A stretch of DNA of 39,975 bases. Origin: a virus (lineage: Duplodnaviria > Caudoviricetes). Shown here piece after piece: positions 35,750 to 39,975 of the stretch. The notes beneath the pieces are model-generated. The model made no database searches. It saw only the letters and a list, made by a program, of their open reading frames with translations, and was not told the origin of the DNA. The stretch spans positions 1 through 39,975 of IMG/VR virus record IMGVR_UViG_3300043447_000338. One strand, written 5' to 3'. Positions within the stretch are counted from its first letter, which is position 1, and each line of letters starts with the position of its first letter. Both the position numbers and the translations under genes were made by a program.

Positions 35750-37375
35750 TTAATCCTCCAATACAGCAGGGGCAAGCCCCGCGCCGTAGCCACGGCGCAC
35801 TAGGTCGGCCAGTAGCTTCTGTTTGTTGGTCTCGCCAAATAACATCTTAGCCCCGCCCGCCGTTTGGCCGATAGCGCTGGTGCCGTACAGGCCAGCCAAG
35901 CTGGGGGCTACTCCTGGAATGCCGTAGGCTGTGGCTGCCCCCGCCCCAGCCAGTGGGGCGCTCACCCGCATGGCAGACACTAGCTGGCTGCGAGACTCAT
36001 TCATGGCGTGGCTTGGGCCGAGTATGCGGGCAGCGGGAGCTATCAAATCCTCTAATGTAGAGTTAGAGGCCATGTTCTTTTTGGCGTAGGCGTTGGTCAG
36101 TGCGGGGATGCTCAGCCCCTCAAGCTCCCCACGAATGCCCTTGGTGGCCTCCTCTAGCCGCTTTACGTCGAAGTGTTTGCTGTCCAACACACCAATCCGC
36201 TCAAGCTCGTCAGGAGTCAGTTTAGTGTTGCGCACCCGCTCAATCAACACATTGCGGGCTGCTAAAATCCTGTTACGTACTTCGGCAGAACTGCTCTCAT
36301 ACGCTGCGGCGGATAGCTTATTGGTCAAATCTGTAAATTCGGCAGATGAAATCTTTGTGGGAGCACTGTTAAGCTGTGCTGGCCCCAATATGTTGGACAC
36401 TGTGCGACCTGCTTCTTTGGCCTCGTCCGCCATTTGGCCCCGTGCATTCAGTTGTTGTGCAGCCTGCCGAGCCTTAGACAGTCTAGTTCCTGACAAAATG
36501 AAACTTTTGTTTGCCAAAATCTTGTCATACTCTCCGCTCACGTAGTGGCGGGCAGCTGCTAGAGTGTTCTTGCCAGTGTCATCGGCGGCTTCAACCGCCC
36601 CGTCTGTTATCTTTTTCAACAGGGCATTCTGCAATTCACGCTCTTGCCGAGTCTTAACTAGACTAGATCCTGCAGTCAACCCGCCAATAAAGCGGCCCAC
36701 AGCACTGTCCGCCCCTTGCTGCAGAGTGGGGATGATACCTTGACGCATCAGGTCAAGCGCATCCACTTTAGCCTTGAAAGGCTTTGCCAGCGTGGCGAGA
36801 GTGCCGGTCAACCCTCCGCTAAGGCCACCAGCCCAGGCTGCGGACTTAGCTTTGTCCTTTAATGAGCCCTGTGCCGTGGCAAATTCAATGCCAGCGCTAC
36901 TGCCTGCCGCTGCCACTGCCTGGGCAAGCCGACCAGCGCGGCCCGCCTGTAGCGCGCCCTGGAGTTTAGCCCCTGGCACTGCGGTCAATAGCAAATTGCC
37001 GGCGATATTACCGCCCATGCCCGCCTTAGTGTCAAGCAAAGCGGCATCTAGCCTTTTTGCCTCCTCCACAGCATCTTCCGTTTCTGCCGCGCCCTGCTCT
37101 GCAGAAATTGTGCCTGTAGCCTGTGCAAGGCGTTTATTGGGATCTAACTTCTGCTCTAGCCACGTAGCCGGTGCATCAATAAGCTGCTTGACCCCACGCC
37201 CCGCCGCTACTACTGCCCGGCCCATGCCAGCGGCAAAGTTTTGCCCATCAGAGCCTAGTGGAGAGTGCTCAGGTGCCGCTGCCACAGGCTGCGCAGGGGG
37301 TGGGGTGGGGGCAGCCTGTGCGGGCCCCTCTATAATGTAGCGCTTGCCATCGGGCCCCTCGACAATGTACTTCAT
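35750..37375 (-). CDS. Internal virion / ejection protein
   Basis: 541 aa; MKYIVEGPDGKRYIIEGP N-terminus; Ala/Gly-rich helical protein; synteny. Confidence 0.6.
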   Translation of the reverse strand: MKYIVEGPDGKRYIIEGPAQAAPTPPPAQPVAAAPEHSPLGSDGQNFAAGMGRAVVAAGRGVKQLIDAPATWLEQKLDPNKRLAQATGTISAEQGAAETEDAVEEAKRLDAALLDTKAGMGGNIAGNLLLTAVPGAKLQGALQAGRAGRLAQAVAAAGSSAGIEFATAQGSLKDKAKSAAWAGGLSGGLTGTLATLAKPFKAKVDALDLMRQGIIPTLQQGADSAVGRFIGGLTAGSSLVKTRQERELQNALLKKITDGAVEAADDTGKNTLAAARHYVSGEYDKILANKSFILSGTRLSKARQAAQQLNARGQMADEAKEAGRTVSNILGPAQLNSAPTKISSAEFTDLTNKLSAAAYESSSAEVRNRILAARNVLIERVRNTKLTPDELERIGVLDSKHFDVKRLEEATKGIRGELEGLSIPALTNAYAKKNMASNSTLEDLIAPAARILGPSHAMNESRSQLVSAMRVSAPLAGAGAATAYGIPGVAPSLAGLYGTSAIGQTAGGAKMLFGETNKQKLLADLVRRGYGAGLAPAVLED

Positions 37376-38442
37376 GGTGCAGGCCCAATCAACTTAAACC
37401 CTGGTGGCAGTTGGAGCCCTGGAGGTACTGCCTGTGGAGCAGCTTGGGCAGGTTTGGCGGGGGCCAATACATCCATCCAGTCCGTTGCTGCGCCAAGTGC
37501 TTCCTGACGCTTACGGTACTCTGCCAATGCAGCTGGGTTGGCGCTGCCTAGGGCGCTGCCCTTGGCTTGATCAATAAGTGGGATGATGTGTGTTCTGAAG
37601 ATTTGTGCCCGCGTTTTTGCGCTGGTGCTGGGGCTGTTAAACATCTCCAGCGCTTGGCGTTGAGTTTCCCCTAGGGTTTGAGACAAGCCGGCATCTGCGC
37701 GAGTGAACGCATTGTAGATGCCATTGATCGCAGCCATGTTGTCCAGCGCTTCTTTAGACAGTACACGGTCCCCAAACGGGGTGCGTTGGAGTAGTTGTTC
37801 AGACGCAGAGAATCCTGGGGTCTTGTCCCCCATTGCCTCCAGCTGCGTGAAAAGCTGTCTAGCTTGGCTGCCAAGTCGTGGAAGCTGCTTTTTGTCGGCA
37901 AACTGCGCCAACTTTTGAATGTCTGTCTCTTTAAATCCTGGGTCTGCTGGTTTTTCAGTGGCGGCACTGCCCCCACCACTGCCGCCACTGTTGCGCATGG
38001 ATGCGATTGTCATACGCAAGGCGTTCGCCTCTGCGGCGCGTTGTCGTTGAGCCTCCAGCCTCTCTGCTTGCATTTCTCGCTGAGCAGCAAGCTGTGCAGC
38101 CTGTTGCTCTGCTCGTGCGGCTACTTGAGCCTCCGCCATAGTGCGTTGCTGGTTGCGCATCTCCATTCGCTCGCCTGAATAGAGTGGGGATTGTGCCACT
38201 TCTCCGTCTGGCAGCATCACTCCTTGCGCACTGGCTGCCAGGGGCGCGTATCGCTGTCGCTGGGCTTGGTGCGCTGCTTGTGCCGCTTGGGCCAGTGCAG
38301 GGTTATTGAACAGGTGAGACGCAGCGGCAAGTGTGGAGAATTTGTTCTGTTGCTGAGAATTTTCCCCTAAAAGCATCTTCGCTCGCAGGGCTTGCGCCGC
38401 GAGTGTCTGTTTCTGTTCAAGAGAAAGGTCTAGGTAGTCCAT
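37372..38442 (-). CDS. Internal virion / ejection protein
   Basis: 356 aa, Gln/Ala-rich; C-terminal LPPGFKL motif. Confidence 0.6.
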   Translation of the reverse strand: MDYLDLSLEQKQTLAAQALRAKMLLGENSQQQNKFSTLAAASHLFNNPALAQAAQAAHQAQRQRYAPLAASAQGVMLPDGEVAQSPLYSGERMEMRNQQRTMAEAQVAARAEQQAAQLAAQREMQAERLEAQRQRAAEANALRMTIASMRNSGGSGGGSAATEKPADPGFKETDIQKLAQFADKKQLPRLGSQARQLFTQLEAMGDKTPGFSASEQLLQRTPFGDRVLSKEALDNMAAINGIYNAFTRADAGLSQTLGETQRQALEMFNSPSTSAKTRAQIFRTHIIPLIDQAKGSALGSANPAALAEYRKRQEALGAATDWMDVLAPAKPAQAAPQAVPPGLQLPPGFKLIGPAP

Positions 38443-38831
38443 CAGAACTCCGGGTATTGCGCTTGCCAGTCATTGGTTGGAGGCATTTGTGGGGGCATCT
38501 GCGGCGGCACGGCGAGCGGCTGCTGCCCCTGCACAGGCTGCTGTGGGCGTGCGCCAAGCAGTCCCTTCAACATTAAGGCCTGCTGCTGCGCCCGGTTGGT
38601 GGGTAGTTGGGCGCCATTCCTCATCGCCATGCCCTGCATGGCCCCGCCTGCAAGGGAGGTGATACCGTTCATGATGGCAGATGAGCGAGTAGGGAACCCC
38701 TGCTGGTTTGCTGTGGCCCGTAGCTGCTGCGCTACAGCAAGCTGTTGCTTCATTTTCTGCTCTAGACTGTCGTTCTCGCTGCCTAGCTGCAAGAGCCGCG
38801 AGTATTCGTCATCTGAAAGTACGTCGTTCAT
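38442..38831 (-). CDS. Small internal virion protein
   Basis: 129 aa, Gln-rich, coupled to its neighbours. Confidence 0.55.
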   Translation of the reverse strand: MNDVLSDDEYSRLLQLGSENDSLEQKMKQQLAVAQQLRATANQQGFPTRSSAIMNGITSLAGGAMQGMAMRNGAQLPTNRAQQQALMLKGLLGARPQQPVQGQQPLAVPPQMPPQMPPTNDWQAQYPEF

Positions 38832-39975
38832 GCCAGCACCTTACTATAGTCTACCTTCAAAACACCATTCGCATCGACTGCCACAGCGTCCGGCATAATC
38901 TCGCGCACCTGCTGCGCAATCACGCCCAGCTCTTGATTGTCACTGCCGATGAATCGGTAGCTACAAATCTCTACACCGTTGGACAACGTAAACAGGTGTT
39001 TCACGTCTCTTTTCAGTCGAGCGTCAGAAAACATAAGCATCATGGCTGCTGTACTTGCAAGTCCAAGGCCAGCCTGGGTATTGGATGCAGCCGCTTGGTT
39101 AGCGATATTTGCCGCGTTGGCATCCGCTCCATATTGGCTATTCGCTACTCCCATATAATCAACTCCAGAGGCTCTGCCCGCCTGGGTACTGCCACCAAAC
39201 CCTGCGGGCATGCCAATTTGTGAACCGCTCAACAACGCGTTCAGCTCATTGATGCCCTGGGTGCGGCCCTGTAATGCCTCAGCAAGCTGCTGTTGTCGGG
39301 TCATGTTCTGGAAGTTTGCACTTTGCATTGATTGCTGAAATGCCTGCTGCTGGGTTGCGTTGTTGAGTGCCGCACCCTGCAACCCTTGTTGGAACTGCTG
39401 GTTGCCCTGCCCAAACATCAGTGCAGCTTCCTGCTGCCCGGCGCCAAAGGCCAATAAATTCTCACGAGCGTTCTGATCTTGCAAATCTCTAGACGCATTC
39501 CGCCACGCAGCAGAGCCTCGAGTCACCCCCATGTTAGAGAGTTGCGCCTCCAACTGCTGCTGTCGTTGAATTTGTATGGGCTGCTGAAAGCCCAACGCTG
39601 CCCCCTGGGCCGCAGCACGCCACCCGTTAACATCAGGCACGCTCGCCCGTGGTGCAGATGCGGGGGCTGGCCCAGTTTCTGACGGGCCAGCAACGAATGA
39701 GGGGATTGGCATACCCGAGTACATGTTCACAGGCCCTGCTGCAGAGCCTGAGTACATGTTTACCGGCCCCGTGGTGGGGGATGGGCTGGTGGCCCAGGGC
39801 GTTGCGCTGGCGAACACCCCCTGCATGGAGGGGGTAGGCTGCTGAGCGGGCGGCTGCTGTGGCATCTTCCCTGCTGTACCGTCCAATGTTCGGATCGTTG
39901 GCTCAGCTCGCATCTCGTTCGCTGGCCCGTACCCGCCCGCATTGAATCCACCCCCGGACGCGAGCCCCAGATTAG
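38828..39975 (-). CDS. C-terminal part of the ejection/pilot protein with a peptidase S74-like intramolecular chaperone domain
   Basis: SDARLKRDV...GVIAQQV....P.AV....G.LKVDYSKV; continues in frame from ATG 439. Confidence 0.85.
   Translation of the reverse strand, partial: NLGLASGGGFNAGGYGPANEMRAEPTIRTLDGTAGKMPQQPPAQQPTPSMQGVFASATPWATSPSPTTGPVNMYSGSAAGPVNMYSGMPIPSFVAGPSETGPAPASAPRASVPDVNGWRAAAQGAALGFQQPIQIQRQQQLEAQLSNMGVTRGSAAWRNASRDLQDQNARENLLAFGAGQQEAALMFGQGNQQFQQGLQGAALNNATQQQAFQQSMQSANFQNMTRQQQLAEALQGRTQGINELNALLSGSQIGMPAGFGGSTQAGRASGVDYMGVANSQYGADANAANIANQAAASNTQAGLGLASTAAMMLMFSDARLKRDVKHLFTLSNGVEICSYRFIGSDNQELGVIAQQVREIMPDAVAVDANGVLKVDYSKVLA
39838..39975. repeat. Terminal direct repeat / circular assembly overlap, copy 2
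   Basis: Matches 1-138 with one mismatch. Confidence 0.95.

Noticed and set aside
32841-37340. Long antisense ORFs (e.g. 32841-33476, 33991-34470, 36093-36545, 36774-37340; also 22796-23482 in an alternative frame)
   Set aside because: Shadows of well-supported genes, with no SD or recognisable motifs.

Overview
The window is a complete, circularly closed ~39.8-kb genome of a lytic dsDNA tailed phage with podovirus-type organisation. Positions 1-138 repeat at 39838-39975 with one mismatch, and one gene runs across that junction. I found no integrase, RNA polymerase, tRNA or CRISPR array. The minus strand carries the virion and lysis genes (TerS/TerL, portal, four accessory virion genes including an SGNH esterase and an Ig-like protein, scaffold, capsid, tail and ejection proteins, fibres, and a GH19 endolysin fused to a holin-like domain) plus a TOPRIM/SF3 primase-helicase. 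The plus strand carries DenV, a PAPS-reductase-family protein, ATP ligase, family-A polymerase, Cas4-like nuclease, VRR-NUC, SNF2 helicase and a four-gene thymidine-hypermodification cluster. That cluster encodes a TAGT/base-J-type glycosyltransferase, an aGPT-PPlase1 helical enzyme, a dUMP-hydroxymethylase-type TS homologue and Nmad1, with no obvious 5hmdU DNA kinase. The most striking unexplained signal is a strand-symmetric exclusion of the dinucleotide TC/GA. I count none in 531 nt (14479-15009) and only 6 in 1127 nt across the origin/packaging/early-gene region, and further 60-165-nt TC/GA-free tracts sit inside unrelated genes. My leading hypothesis (inference) is that the phage hypermodifies T in a TpC context and keeps sequence-encoded modification-free windows, possibly read by two paralogous small basic proteins. 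All family calls come from motif recognition by eye and all counts are manual; no database searches were run.
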